DNA from: Camelus ferus
Taxonomy: Eukaryota
Assembly (NCBI RefSeq): GCF_009834535.1
Contig: NC_045697.1
Coordinates: forward strand, 90,398,001 to 90,462,000
Direction: 5' to 3'
Length of the DNA stretch: 64,000 nt
Under the pieces are notes generated by a model. It had not been told where the DNA came from and ran no database searches. It worked only from the letters and a program-made list of their open reading frames with translations. Below are positions 13,521-26,036 of this stretch, in pieces. How positions within the stretch are numbered: position 1 is the stretch's first letter; each line of letters begins with the position of its first letter. Position numbers and translations under genes: made by a program.

Positions 13521-13922
13521 CCCCCCCCCCTTTTTTTTTAAATGTTTTTACCTGTTCTATTTTCTATTACTCTCTTAATCTTTACTTCTTAATTCATTTC
13601 TATTTCTCTTGGGTTTTGATGTCCTGCTATTGATTAGACACAGGTTTCAAATACATCTATTCATCTCCCCCCCCCCTTTTTTGTAAAGGTTTTAAAAGGA
13701 CGTCTCAACCCGATTAATACTCTGCTTCAACTCACTCTTCTATTATTCATTATACACTGTTTTCACACCCTCTTTCTCCCTTCTTTTAAAATTCTCTCTC
13801 TCTCTCTTATTTTTTTTTTCTGTTTTTCCTAAGTTTTATTCCTAAATAGGCATCAGATAGATAAAATCCTTAAGGACCAAAATAAACAACTGATACTCCA
13901 TACACCACAGTGCCAACGAGGT

Positions 13923-14824
13923 ATGAGCAAGATGAAGAAGCAGAAAAACCTTTCCCAATTAAAAGAACAAGAGAAATCCCCTGAAAGAAAGATCAACGAA
14001 ATGGACATCGATAGCCTACTAGATCAAGATTTCAAAAAAGGAGTGATCGAATTGCTGAAGGAATTAAAAGAGATAGTGTTTAGAGATATAAAATATGTCA
14101 AAAATGAAATTGAAGCTATAAAGAAGAGCCAAGTAGAATGGGTAAACTCATTGACAGAGATGAGGAATGATCTAATAGCTGTGCAAAGCCGACTAGATAA
14201 TGCAGAGGAACGAATTAGTGATCTAGAAGACAGGGCAATAGAAAGCACCCATTCAGAAGAACTACAAGAGAAGCAAATAAAAAATAATGAAAATAGCATA
14301 AGGGACCTATGGGATAATATAAAGCGTCCCAATCTTCACATCATAGGGGTCCCAGAAGGAGAAGAAGGATCAAAGGGGATCGAAAAGGTTTTTGAAGAAA
14401 TCATGACTGAAAACTTCCCAAACTTAAAGAGGAATCAGATATCCAAGTACAGGAAGCTCAGAGGGTCCCAAACAGGAAGAACCCAAATAGACCCACACCA
14501 AGACATATCATAATCAAGATGGCCAGAGTCAAGGATAAAGAAATGATTCTAAAGGCAGCAAGAGAAAAGCAAAGAGTAAGTTACAAGGGAACCCCCATAA
14601 GGCTCTCAGCTGATTTCTCTACACAAACACTACAGGCCAGAAGGGAGTGGCAAGATATATTCAAAGCCCTGAATGAAAAAAAGATGCAGCCTAGGATCCT
14701 TTATCCAGCAAGGCTATCCTTGAGGATAGAAGGAGAAATAAAGAGTTTCACAGACAGAAAAAAGCTGCAGGAGTTTAGCAACACTAAACCCATGCTAAAA
14801 GAAATATTGAAAGGGATATTCTAA
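13923..14824 (+). pseudogene. L1 ORF1p (RNA-binding chaperone), one frameshift at ~14430
   Basis: ORF-track 13923-14513 (coiled coil, RDLWDNIKRPNLHIIGVPEGEE) and 14519-14824 (ILKAAREK, ARREW, YPARLS) join through a single frameshift. Confidence 0.92.
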
Positions 14825-15228
14825 ATAGAAAAGCAGCAGGATGCTACAGAAATGAGAAACACACAACTGGAAAGGTGATAACTCATGAATTACAAATAAA
14901 GTAAACATGAAATTATAAAAGAAGACATACAAATCACTGAGAGTGGGAGAGGGAGGCAGGGGAATATAGAATATTTTTTTCTTTCTTTTTTAAATTTTTT
15001 TAACAGTAGGGTGGGTTTGAGATCATGTTACTATCAGTTTAATAAAAACAGTTATAGTAATGGGTTGATAGATTTACAAAAAAGGGTAACCACAAGCCAA
15101 AAATTTACAAAGGAGTCACAAAAATTAAATAAAATCCATGATAATACAAAGGAAAATTACCAAACCACAAAAGGAAGAAGAAAGGAACAAAGAGGATATA
15201 CCAATTCAACTGCAAAGATAAGTTCAAA

Positions 15229-18200
15229 ATGGCAATAAACACACATCCATCATTAATTACTGTAAATGTTAATGGACTAAATGCTCCAGTCAAAAGACAC
15301 AGAGTGGCAGACTGGATAATAAAGCAAGAACCTTCAATATGCTGCATACAAGAGCACCCACTTTAGGGAGAAGGACACATATAGATTGAGAGTGAAAGGA
15401 TGGAAAAGGATATTCCATGCAAATGGAAAAGCCAAAAAAGCAGGTGTTGCAGTACTGATTTCAGACAAAATAGACTTTAAAACAAAGGCCATAAAGAAAG
15501 ATAAAGAAGGACATTTTATAATGATTAAAGGAGTGATACAAGATGAGGATATTACACTCGTTAATATATATGCACCCAATATAGGAGCACCTAAGTACAT
15601 ACAAGAATTACTAACAGAGATAAAGGGGGATATTGATGGGAATACAATCATAGTTGGAGATTTTAACACTGCATTAACATCACTAGACAGATCTTCCAGA
15701 CAGAAAATAAACAAGGCAACACCCCCCAAAAATAGGATATACATTCTTTTCAAGTGCACATGGAACATTTTCCAGGATCGATCATGCACTTGGGCACAAA
15801 AGAAACCTCAACAATTTTAAGAAGATAGAAATTATCTCAAGCATCTTTACTGACCACAATGCCATGAAACTGGAAATCAACAACAGAGAAACAAAGGAGA
15901 AAAAAAGGAAAGCATGGAGATTAAACAATATGTTATTGAAAAAACAATGGATCAATGAGGAAATCAAAGCTGAAATTAAAAAATACCTTGAGACAAATGA
16001 TAATGAAAGCACAACCACTCAAAACCTATGGGACACAGCAAAGGCAGTGCTAAGAGGGAAGTTTATAGCGATACAGGCCTTCCTCAAAAAAGAAGAACAA
16101 TCTCAAATAAACAATTTAACCCACCACCTGAATGAATTAGAAAAAGAAGAACAAAAAGCCCCAAAAAGCAGCAGAAGGAAGGAAATAATAAAGATCAGAG
16201 AGGAATTAAATACAATAGAGATTAACAAGACCATAGAAAAAATCAACCAAACCAAAAGCTGGTTTTTTGAAAAAGTAAATAAAATCGACAAACCTCTGGC
16301 CAAACTCACAAAGAAGAAAAAAGAGAGCACAAATTAGCAAAATAAGAAAGGAAAATGGAGAAATTACAACAAACAAAATAGAAATACAGAATATCATACG
16401 AGAATATTATGAAAAACTATATGGAACCAAACTGGATAACCTAGAGGAGATGGACAAGTTTCTGGAAACATACTGTCCACCAAAACTGAATCGAGAAGAA
16501 TCTGAACGCTTGAACAATCCGATCACTAGAAAGGAAATAGAAATAGCAATTAAAAACCTCCCTACAAATAAAAGTCCAGGACCGGACGGCTTCACCGGGG
16601 AATTCTACCAAACATACAAAGAAGAACTCATACCAGTCCTTCTCAAACTCTTCCAGACGATCGAAAAGGAGGGAATACTCCCAAACTCATTCTATGAAGT
16701 CACCATCACCCTGATACCAAAACCAGGCAAAGACACTACAAAAAAAGAGAATTATAGGCCAATATCACTGTTGAACATAGACGCCAAAATCCTCACCAAA
16801 ATTTTAGCAAATAGAATCCAACAACACATAAAAAAGATTATACATCATGACCAAGTGGGGTTCATCCCAGGGACACAAGGCTGGTTCAACATACGCAAAT
16901 CAATCAGTGTAATACATCACATCAACAAGAGAAAGGACAAAAACCACATGATCATCTCAATCGATGCAGAAAAAGCATCTGATAAAATTCAACACCCATT
17001 TATGATAAAAACTCTCGCCAAAGTGGGTATAGAGGGAACGTATCTCAACATAATAAAAGCTATATATGACAAACCTACAGCCAGCATAGTACTCAACGGT
17101 GAAAAACTCAAAAGCTTCCCACTAAAATCTGGGACAAGACAAGGATGCCCACGATCACCACTCCTATTCAACATAGTCCTGGAAGTCCTAGCCACAGCAG
17201 TCAGGCAAGAGAAAGAAATAAAAGGGATCCAAATTGGAAAAGAAGAGGTAAAAGTGTCATTATATGCTGATGACATGTTACTATATATAGAAAACCCTAA
17301 AAGGTCCACACAAAAGCTACTAGAGCTGATTGAAGAATTCAGCAAGGTAGCAGGTTGCAAGATTAACGTTCAAAAATCAGTTGCATTTCCTTACACTAAC
17401 GATAAATCAACAGAAGAAGAAAGTAAAGAAACAATCCCCTTTAAAATAGCACCCAAAGTAATAAAATATCTGGGAATAAATCTAACCAAGTAGGTGAAAG
17501 AATTATACACAGAAAACTATAAACCATTGATGAAGGAAATTAAAGAAGACTTTAAAAAATGGAAAGATATTCCATGCTCTTGGATTGGAAGAATCAATAT
17601 TGTTAAAATGGTCACACTGCCCAAGGCAATCTACAGATTTAATGCAATCCCTATCCAATTACCCAGGACATATTTCACAGAACTAGAACAAATCATAATA
17701 AAATTCATATGGAACCATCAAAGACGTAGAATTGCCAAAGCATTACTGAAGAGAAAGAAAGAGGCTGGAGGAATAACTCTCCCAGACTTCAGACAATACT
17801 ATAGAGCTACAGTCATCAAGACAGCATGGTACTGGTACCAAAACAGACATATAGACCAATGGAACAGAATAGAGAGCCCAGAAATGAACCCACAAACTTT
17901 TGGTCAACTCATCTTTGACAAAGGAGGCAAGAATATACATTGGAACAAAGACAGTCTCTTCAGCAAATGGTGTTGGGAAAACTGGACAGCAGCATGTAAA
18001 ACAATGAAGCTAGAACACTCCCTTACACCATATACGAAAATCAACTCAAAATGGATTAAAGACTTAAACATAAGACAAGATACAATAAACCTCCTAGAGG
18101 AAAACATAGGCAAAACATTATCTGACATACATCTCAAAAATTTTCTCCTAGAAGAAATAAAAGCAAGAATAAACAAATGGGACCTAATGAAACTTACAAG

Positions 18201-18965
18201 CTTCTGCACAGCAAAGGAAACCAGAAGTAAAACAAGAAGAAAACCTACGGAATGGGAGAAAATTCTTGCAAGTGAAACCGACAAAGGCTTGATCTCCAGA
18301 ATATATAAGCAGCTCATACGACTCAATAAGAAAAAATAAACAACTCAATCCAAAAATGGGCAGAAGACCTAAACAAGCAATTCTCCAAGGAAGACATACA
18401 AATGATCAAAAAGCACATGAAAAAATGCTCAGTATCACTAATTATCAGAGAAATGCAAATCAAAACTACAATGAGGTATCACCTCACACCAGTCAGAATG
18501 GCCGTCATTCAAAAATCCACAAATGACAAATGCTGGAGAGGCTGTGGAGAAAGGGGAACCCTCCTACACTGCTGGTGGGAATGCAGTTTGGTGCAGCCAC
18601 TATGGAAAACAGTGTGGAGATTCCTCAAAAGACGAGGAATAGACTTACCATATGACCCAGGAATCCCACTCCTGGGCTTGTATCCAGAAGGAAATCTACT
18701 TCAGGATGACACCTGCACCCCAACGTTCATAGCAGCACTGTTTACAATAGCCAAAACATGGAAACAGCCTAAATGTCCATCAACAGGTGATTGGATAAAG
18801 AAGAGGTGGTATATTTATACAATGGAATACTACTCAGCCATAAAAACCGACAACATAATGCCATTTGCAGCAACATGGATGCTCCTGGAGAATTTCATTC
18901 TAAGTGAAGTAAGCCAGAAAGAGAAAGAAAAATACCATATGAGATCGCTCATATGTGGAATCTAA
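15229..18965 (+). pseudogene. L1 ORF2p (APE endonuclease, reverse transcriptase, C-terminal CCHC), disrupted
   Basis: ATG 15229; EN motifs VNIYAPN and IVGDFN; RT motifs GTRQGCP and [22 protein letters not shown]. Lesions: frameshifts near 15355, 15720, 16320 and 18335, and an in-frame TAG at 17491-17493. Confidence 0.95.
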
Positions 18966-20056
18966 AAAACAAAAACAAAAACAAACAAACAAAAACAAAG
19001 CGTAAATAAAGGACAGAAATAGACTCACAGACAGAGAATACAGACTTGTGGTTACCAGGGGGGTGGAGGGTGGGAAGGGATAGACTGGGATTTCAAAATT
19101 GTAGAATAGACTACAGTGTATAGCACAAGGAAATATACCCAAAATGTTATGATAACTCACAGAAAGAAAAAAAAAAAAGAACTTTGAGTCAACAGACGAA
19201 AGTTGTCTCATGTTAACAAGAGTCCGCTTGCGCATGTGATGAAATCTATTTGATACTCTTTGTTAATTCATATGATGCCCTTTTAATGCTCCTATTATTT
19301 TAATATAAACACAAATTAAAAAAAAAGAACCCTATTACCTTTTTATGTTGTAATGCAGGAGCTATTTTTATTTATTTATCTATTTGTTGATTTATCAAGG
19401 TACATACTCTACAGAACACATTTTTGATGGCAAGAGAATGGAAAGATGATTAAAATGACCCCTTTCTCACGCAGCTCACAATTCAGTGAATATGTTAGAT
19501 AGCATCTGTTGTCTATGGGCAAGGACAAAGGAGCCCACTAGTCTCTCTCTCACTATCTCTGACAGTACTTTGCTCCTTTTAGCCTCTGATGGTTAATTTT
19601 ACGTGTCAACTTGACTGAGCCACGGAGATGACCAATATTTAGTCAAATACTATTCTATGTGTGTCTTTGAGGGGTTTTCTGAATGAAATTAACATTTGAA
19701 TCAGTACACTGAGTAAAGCAGACTGCCCTCCCTAGTGTAGGAGGGCCACATCCAATCCATTGAAGGCCTAAATAGAACAAAAAGCATTGAGTAAAACAAA
19801 GTTCTTCCAGCATGACTGCTTAAGCTGGAATATCAGGGGTTTTTCCTGCCTTCAGACTCAAAATGAAACCAGGTCTTCCTGGGTTTCAAGCCTGCTGGCT
19901 CTCAGACTAGAACACATTGACTCTCCTGGTTCTCACATCTTCAATATTGGACTGGAAGTAGACATTGGCTCTTCTGGGTCTCCAGTTTGCCAACTACAGA
20001 TCTTAGAACTTGTCAACCTCCAGTCACATCAGTCAATTCCTTTACACATTCACAGA

Positions 20057-20070
20057 CACACCCACCCACC

Positions 20071-20103
<33 letters not shown>
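20057..20103. repeat. (CACC)n/(CA)n microsatellite
   Basis: Direct reading of the sequence. Confidence 0.9.
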
Positions 20104-20105
20104 CG

Positions 20106-20332
20106 AGTTGACCTTTGAATAGTGTAGGGGTTAGGGGCACCAACCCTTGCCTCCCCCCAGTCAAAAATCAACATGTAACTTTTCCACTGGCCCTCCATAT
20201 CCAAGGTTTCACATCCAAGGTTCGATCAACTGCAGAGCATGTTGTACTGTAACACATATTTACTGAAAAAAAAAAAAACCCAAGCATAAGTGGACCCTCC
20301 CAGCTCAAAACCAGATCGTTCAAAGGTCAACT
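20106..20332. mobile_element. Non-autonomous Tigger/MER8-like TcMar DNA transposon nested in the MLT2 LTR
   Basis: Perfect 14-bp terminal inverted repeats agttgacctttgaa (20106-20119) / ttcaaaggtcaact (20319-20332); TA-repeat right flank. Confidence 0.85.
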
Positions 20333-20814
20333 ATATATATTGTATTGGTTTTGTTTTTCTGGGAATCCTAACATAGTCCCCAACAAGATGAGCAACTCAT
20401 CTATGAAAGATCTGATATTTAGTTCATTTTATTAGTGTTCAGGTTCTTGAAGAAGGGTGGGGTGGGTACCATTACTACTGTCCAAAACTGAAGAGTCCCT
20501 ATGTAATAAACACATTACCTTCATAGAATGGTAGTGAAGACTTCTAGTGCTACCACAGCACTAGATTTATATACAGTGACCTTCTAATACTAATATGAAC
20601 AAAAAGACCCTGTCCTGTAGGGAGGAGGAAGGAGACTAAATATTTCATTTTCATCTAACCATAAAGAGGTAGATTCATTCCTAAATTATGTTTAAAATAC
20701 AAAATTAATATTATATCACCAAACTAGGATATCTCCTTTGTTGTATTAAGTTGAATATACTTGAGAAACAATCAGGAGGTGAAACTTACAGACTAAAATA
20801 ATAGCTGAAAAAGT

Positions 20815-21418
20815 CAACTGTGGTGGTGGTTTCATTGGTGTATACATCTATCAAATTTCATCAAATTGTATATCTGAAATCTATGTAGTTTATTGTATAG
20901 GAATCATACCATAAGAAAGGTGTTGAAAAAAGAAAAAGCCAAAATGAAAAGGCTACATACTGTATGATTCCAACTACATGACCCTCTGAAAAAGGCAAAG
21001 CTTTTTACTACTGGAGACAATAAAAAGACCAGTGGTTGTCAAGGTTTCAGGGTAAAAGAGGAAGGGATAAATAGGTGAAGGACAAGGGATTTTTAGGGCA
21101 GTGAAACTACTCTGTATAATACTGTAATGGTAGATCCAAGCCATTATAGATTTGTGAAAACCCATACCATGTACAACACAAAGAGTGAGCCTTAATGTAA
21201 ACTATGGAACTTTAGTTAATAATAATGTATCAATATTGGTTCATCAGTTATTACAAATGTACCACACTAATGCAAGATGTTCACAATAGGGGAAACTGGG
21301 TTAGGGTAGGGAAGGTGTGAGAGTATGCAAGAATTCTATATTTTGTGCTCAATTTTTCTGTAAACCTTAAACTGCTCTAAATGAAGCCTATTAATTAAAA
21401 AAAATTAAAAAATAAAAA
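20815..21418 (+). mobile_element. Ancient L1M 3' end fragments
   Basis: ggctacatactgtatgattccaact, ccttaatgtaaactatggaactttagttaataataatgtatcaatattggttcatcag, A-rich tail. Confidence 0.75.
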
Positions 21419-22389
21419 ATCGGATAGGCTGTCGGTAAGAACAGGGCTTTCTGGTAAGTGGCAGAGCATTTAAAACTTGGAGCATATAGTAGCATGTATT
21501 TGGCTACCAACTTGAGGTTTTTTGTTTTTATCATTATACATTTGGTTTTTAACTATTGTGACTGTTGTGACAGAAGCAGATCAGCTGAGGCCTCAGGAGC
21601 TGCTGCATGGATTCCCACTGCAGTCCATGGCACCTTGTCTATATACTAAGTGGCTGGCCATCCATCAAGCCAGTACCATAAGGTTAAGTGACTTTGGTCA
21701 AAGAGGCCTTAGACCAATGGTGGGGATGCAGAGAATAGGGGTTGCAGCTTGATCCTGAACTACACAGGTAAGGCTTAAATATGTTGGAGTGGGATAAAAA
21801 CTTAGAAATTAGGAGGCAGAATAATATTTGCTGCTTTTAACCACAAGAGTTCTGTTTGAGAACACTAGTGAGGGTCTAGCTTTACACTGTTAGAATATTA
21901 CTATAAAAACAAATGTCTCAACTAGATATCCAACCAACACCAACATGGCCCTGACCAGTAGACTCTCCGTAAAAGGTAGGTTTCACAGCATAAGACTGGC
22001 GCAAGATTGAAAATGCCCCGTTTCAGGCACATTAGAAGCTCTGTCACTAGGCAGAGCCTAAAGATGTCAGAACATGGAACTCAAAGGGGATTTGGAAATT
22101 AAGATGCTTTGATAATGCATTAACAGGTTTTGGCTGAGTTGAAAAAAAAATACCTCAGGTGGGACTTGGTATTTAGGGCTGCCAGCATTGCAATTTTTAA
22201 ACTTAGCAAGAAAGCAAAAAGGTCTCTGCAGCACTCCCTAAGGATGAGAAGGTGTGCACAGGTACTTCTCTACTCCAGATACAGGGAATCCATGCTGTCA
22301 AAATTCAGCTCTTGAGAAGGAGTTTCTCCCAGTCAAGTTTAAACTCAATGGTCAAGGATACTAGACATCCAGCTCCACTGGTATCCGGG

Positions 22390-22812
22390 TGAAAGTAAAA
22401 CAAGATTCTCTCTTTGTTCGTTCAATTCTTTAGTTACTATGCCCAGATATCTTCACTCTGTGCCTCCACCAATGGGCTCCTGTGCCCTCTGGCTTCTGAC
22501 TGACTCAGTCATTTGGAAGTGACAGCAGGAGACTGGAGGAAAGGAAGAGAGTGATGTTGGGAAACATGCTCCCTAGGCTCTCTCCCTGCCTTGGTCAAGA
22601 TGTCTTCTCCCACAACCCTTTCCCTTTCAGGGTTCCAATTAATCTCTCCCTTCCCTCTCCAGGTCTAGGAGTGGTAACAGCCTCCCAGTTACCCACCGCG
22701 GGGTATACACTATTTTCTGTTGCTTCTCACCACCGACAACTGTATTAAATTCCCCTCAAGTCATCCCAGGAGAGGTGTGCTGCCTATTTCCTCCAGGGCC
22801 CCTAGCTGATAA
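22390..22812 (+). mobile_element. Probable LTR16-like (ERVL) LTR remnant
   Basis: gggctcctgtgccctctggcttctg...cagcaggagactggaggaaaggaagagagtga and a 3' end ...attaaattcccctcaa...ctagctgata; heavily diverged. Confidence 0.45.
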
Positions 22813-23329
22813 AGACACCACTGAATTTCTGGCATGGACCTTTAGAAACACTAAATACGAGGCTTTAGGGAACAGAATTTTGCCTGAGATAGCTGTTCTC
22901 AGGACTTAGGATCAACCTGAGTGAGGAACCAGTGATGGGATAATGTTAGATGGCCTGTTAGCCCTTTAGAATCTTTTTTAAAAATAAGTTTCATCATATA
23001 TTTGATTCAGAATCAATACAAACTCTAAGACCTTGAAGAATTTCTAAACTATGTCGGACAATATTCCAGATCATTTTTTATGGGAACTAGACTAGGGTGT
23101 AATATTTCTGTTTTGTGTACAGAGGAGTTCTGAAGTCCATTTAAATAATGTGTGGTTCTGACCCATTTCAGAGCCTGCTAGGAGCAAAATCTATATTGCC
23201 ATCAGTAGCTCAAAGAGAAGCCACAAAGAAGCAACAAGTTGCACTGAGGGCGCAGTCTCAGGAAGAGGTAGCAGGAATGCTGTTCTCTTCCTCACCCCCA
23301 TGGAGCAAAAAACCCAACAGGACCAGTTC

Positions 23330-23510
23330 AGGGTATCTCTAGGGAGCTTTATTTGGACAATTCTTCATTATATGGGATGTTCTATGCATTGCAGGATATC
23401 TTGCATCCTTGACCCCCCCGCCACCACTAAATGCCATCAGTACTTTGTGATCATTGTTATAACAAAACTTCCCTAAGGGGCGATAACCATCCTGGTTTAG
23501 AACTCCTGGG
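23330..23510 (-). mobile_element. MER20-type hAT DNA transposon
   Basis: ttctatgcattgcaggatatcttgcatcc...ccactaaatgccatcagtac matches the reverse MER20 core. Confidence 0.65.
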
Positions 23511-25842
23511 TTAAAAGGACAAAAATCTCAGAAAAAACATTTTCCTGCTCTTGATGTTTCCTTCCAATGTGAAAGAAACCCCATTAAAGTAACATTCTTG
23601 GGCTCTTGCCAAAACTTTTCTCCCCACTCCCCAAGAGAGGCACACAGACTTACTGAATTAAAATGTTAAGAAGAATAAAATGGCATGTTCAACTCATTTC
23701 CCCTTCCCTTTCTCTTGGAAACAGAATGACAGCAGAAAGCAAACATTTAATGCTACCTCCCCACACTGAAGGTCGTATGGGGCAGCCCCGACCCTGCCAG
23801 GTAATGCCTGCCCAGTCCTGTGCTGTTTGGAACTGGTTGGGGAAGGCTGCCTAGCTCTGTTTTGAAAAGAAGCCCATTGTTACCACAGCTAAACTTTGGT
23901 CTTCCACATTAGCTTTATGAAACATAAAGATGGCATTTTGATCTCCCATCTTCCCTACTTCATTTCTCAGTTCACTCAAAACATTAAAAGAAAAGAGGGG
24001 TGTTATTTACTGAACCTCCTCAAACCCACACTTCTGCCTATTAATTTAAATCTTCTACTAATCTACATTTCTTTTCCCTTCTGTAACAAAACTTTTCACC
24101 ATCTAAATCAAGCCCACATTTTTGAAAAGCCTAGTCTTCTCAACCTCTCCCACTAATATGGAAAGTCTACAGTGGCTAAGAAAATACAGACATTTCAAAA
24201 TTGTTTGGTATTAAAAAGCTTTGGGAAACACAAACAGTAAGTGCCATCTAGGAAAACCTTAATTCACAATTTTTCTAAAAACACTTATTCTTTCTTAAAA
24301 TTCTTAAATCAGGTTGACCTTCTTCTCAAGAATCTTCAGTAAAATAGTTTTATCACCAAGACTTTAAAAAACTATACAGATTAAAAAATTCATTGTTAAA
24401 GAGTTTATTATCTCTCATTCCTTTATTAACAGTACTCATTGCCAGAAATATTTTCCACAAAGATATCACAATTCAAGTATTTTGAGCTACTCAATTGTTC
24501 AACTATTTGGGGTTTTGAAGGAAAATAACAGACAGCATTTTTTCAGCCACTTTTTCCTCTTAATCGCTAAACATGTATACTTTAAGAGAAATTTAATCCA
24601 GCTTCTTCTGGTTTGTTTCCATTTAAATCATTAAAATGTTATTTTTTAAAAGTCATTTGTTGTCCAAGAGGCTTTTTAAATTAGCTTCTTTGCTTAAAAA
24701 TCCAAATTGGCCATAAGAACATGAGCTCTGATGCCAAAAGATTCAGGTTTGGAACAAAAGTGTGAGCCCCAAGTTGGAAATCAGTTTTAAATGCCGGCTA
24801 TGACCTAAGGGGACCATGTGAACTCCTTCCCCAACTCACTGAGCCTTCTGTGGAAGCAAACATTACAGCTGAGGTTACCAAAAGGTCTTCAAAATAAATC
24901 CTGCATTCAGTAATCAATCAGAGCTTCTGGAAATTCTAATTTATGGCCTTAATTGTCTTACGTTTGTGCTAATCACATGTGATTTCTTCTCTACATTGTT
25001 TAAAAGGGAAAATGCTTTCAACTAAAGTTTAATTAATAAAATAATGAAATGTATTAACTTTTATTTAATGTTTACTCTTTTCATCCTTCGAAACTAAGAA
25101 AAATCCCTTCAATTAGAAATAAGAATGTGTCTCCCTTGAGTAACACCATTATTTGAGGTCATTTTGCCTCCTGCTATCCACTAGGAAAAAAATTCTTTGT
25201 TTCCTCCAAAGTACCATTACCACTGGTGGTAGATTTTCACACACTTTTGTTGCTGCATCATAAACTAGGAGAGAGCACATACTTCTAAATATAAAACAAA
25301 GTACCACACTGCCATGCAGCACTGACGGAGGTTAAAAAAACTCCTGGAAAAATTTTTCTTCTTTGCTCACTGGTTAGAAAAAATACTAAAGTTTAACTTT
25401 CTTTCTGCACAAGTTTCTTGGTCTTTCTAATAAGAATAGATTATTAACTTCTTTATTACTGACTTTTTTGTGTTAGAAAGATATATAACTCACATTTGCC
25501 TACCTTCTCCTTTAAAACAATCAATCTGGAAATATATTTCTACAAATTGTGAAGATTATAGAGAAATGAAAGCAATGATTTTCAAAGATATCAAGACTAT
25601 TTCTTGTTTATGTCTTAACATACAAACAACTGGAAGAGACAGTTCAAAGAAATTAACAGATGGAGAACGAAGTCCACAAGTCCAGACTACAGATGCAGCT
25701 TAGTTAAGGAATATATTACCAGTTTTCAGAATGCTGGGTTTTTGTGAAATAAGAAAAAAGCATTCAAAATAATCTAGTTTTCCACATTACCGGCATTTAA
25801 CAAATCTAGTTCTAGCTCCCCAATTTAAAATATGATGTCAAA

Positions 25843-26036
25843 GATAAACAAGATTATACTGTATAGCACAGGGAAATATATACAAGATCTTATGGTAGCT
25901 CACAGAGAAAAAAATGTGACAATGAATATATATATATATATATGTTCATGTATAACTGAAAAATTGTGCTCTACAGTGGAATTTGACACAACATTGTAAA
26001 ATGATTATAAATCAATAAAAAATGTTAAAAATAAAA
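25843..26036 (+). mobile_element. Young L1 extreme 3' end (~190 bp)
   Basis: Matches the 3' end at 8373-8550. Perfect TSD taaaatatgatgtcaaa (25826-25842 / 26037-26053). Confidence 0.92.

Larger units (their letters stand above)
12237..19326 (+). mobile_element. Young full-length LINE-1, inactivated, with an extra 3' segment
   Basis: CpG-rich 5' UTR starting gagacggacaagatggcgg, ORF1, ~400-bp inter-ORF spacer, ORF2, G-rich 3' UTR and A-tails. Candidate TSD aaaaggaaccctaat (12222-12236) / aaaaagaaccctatt (19322-19336). Confidence 0.95.
19585..20373 (+). mobile_element. MLT2-type (ERVL) solo LTR
   Basis: Start tgatggttaattttacgtgtcaacttgactgag; internal ctgagtaaagcagactgccctcc and catccaatccattgaaggcctaaatagaacaaaaag; end tattggttttgtttttctgggaatcctaac. 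Confidence 0.8.

Noticed and set aside
2056..19235. Many hydrophobic minus-strand ORFs (e.g. 9590-10105, 15334-15789, 17904-18326)
   Set aside because: They are antisense readings of A-rich L1 ORFs, a well-known artefact.
19230..19320. C-box-like GTGATGA suggesting a C/D snoRNA in the extra L1 tail
   Set aside because: No downstream CTGA D box or terminal stem.
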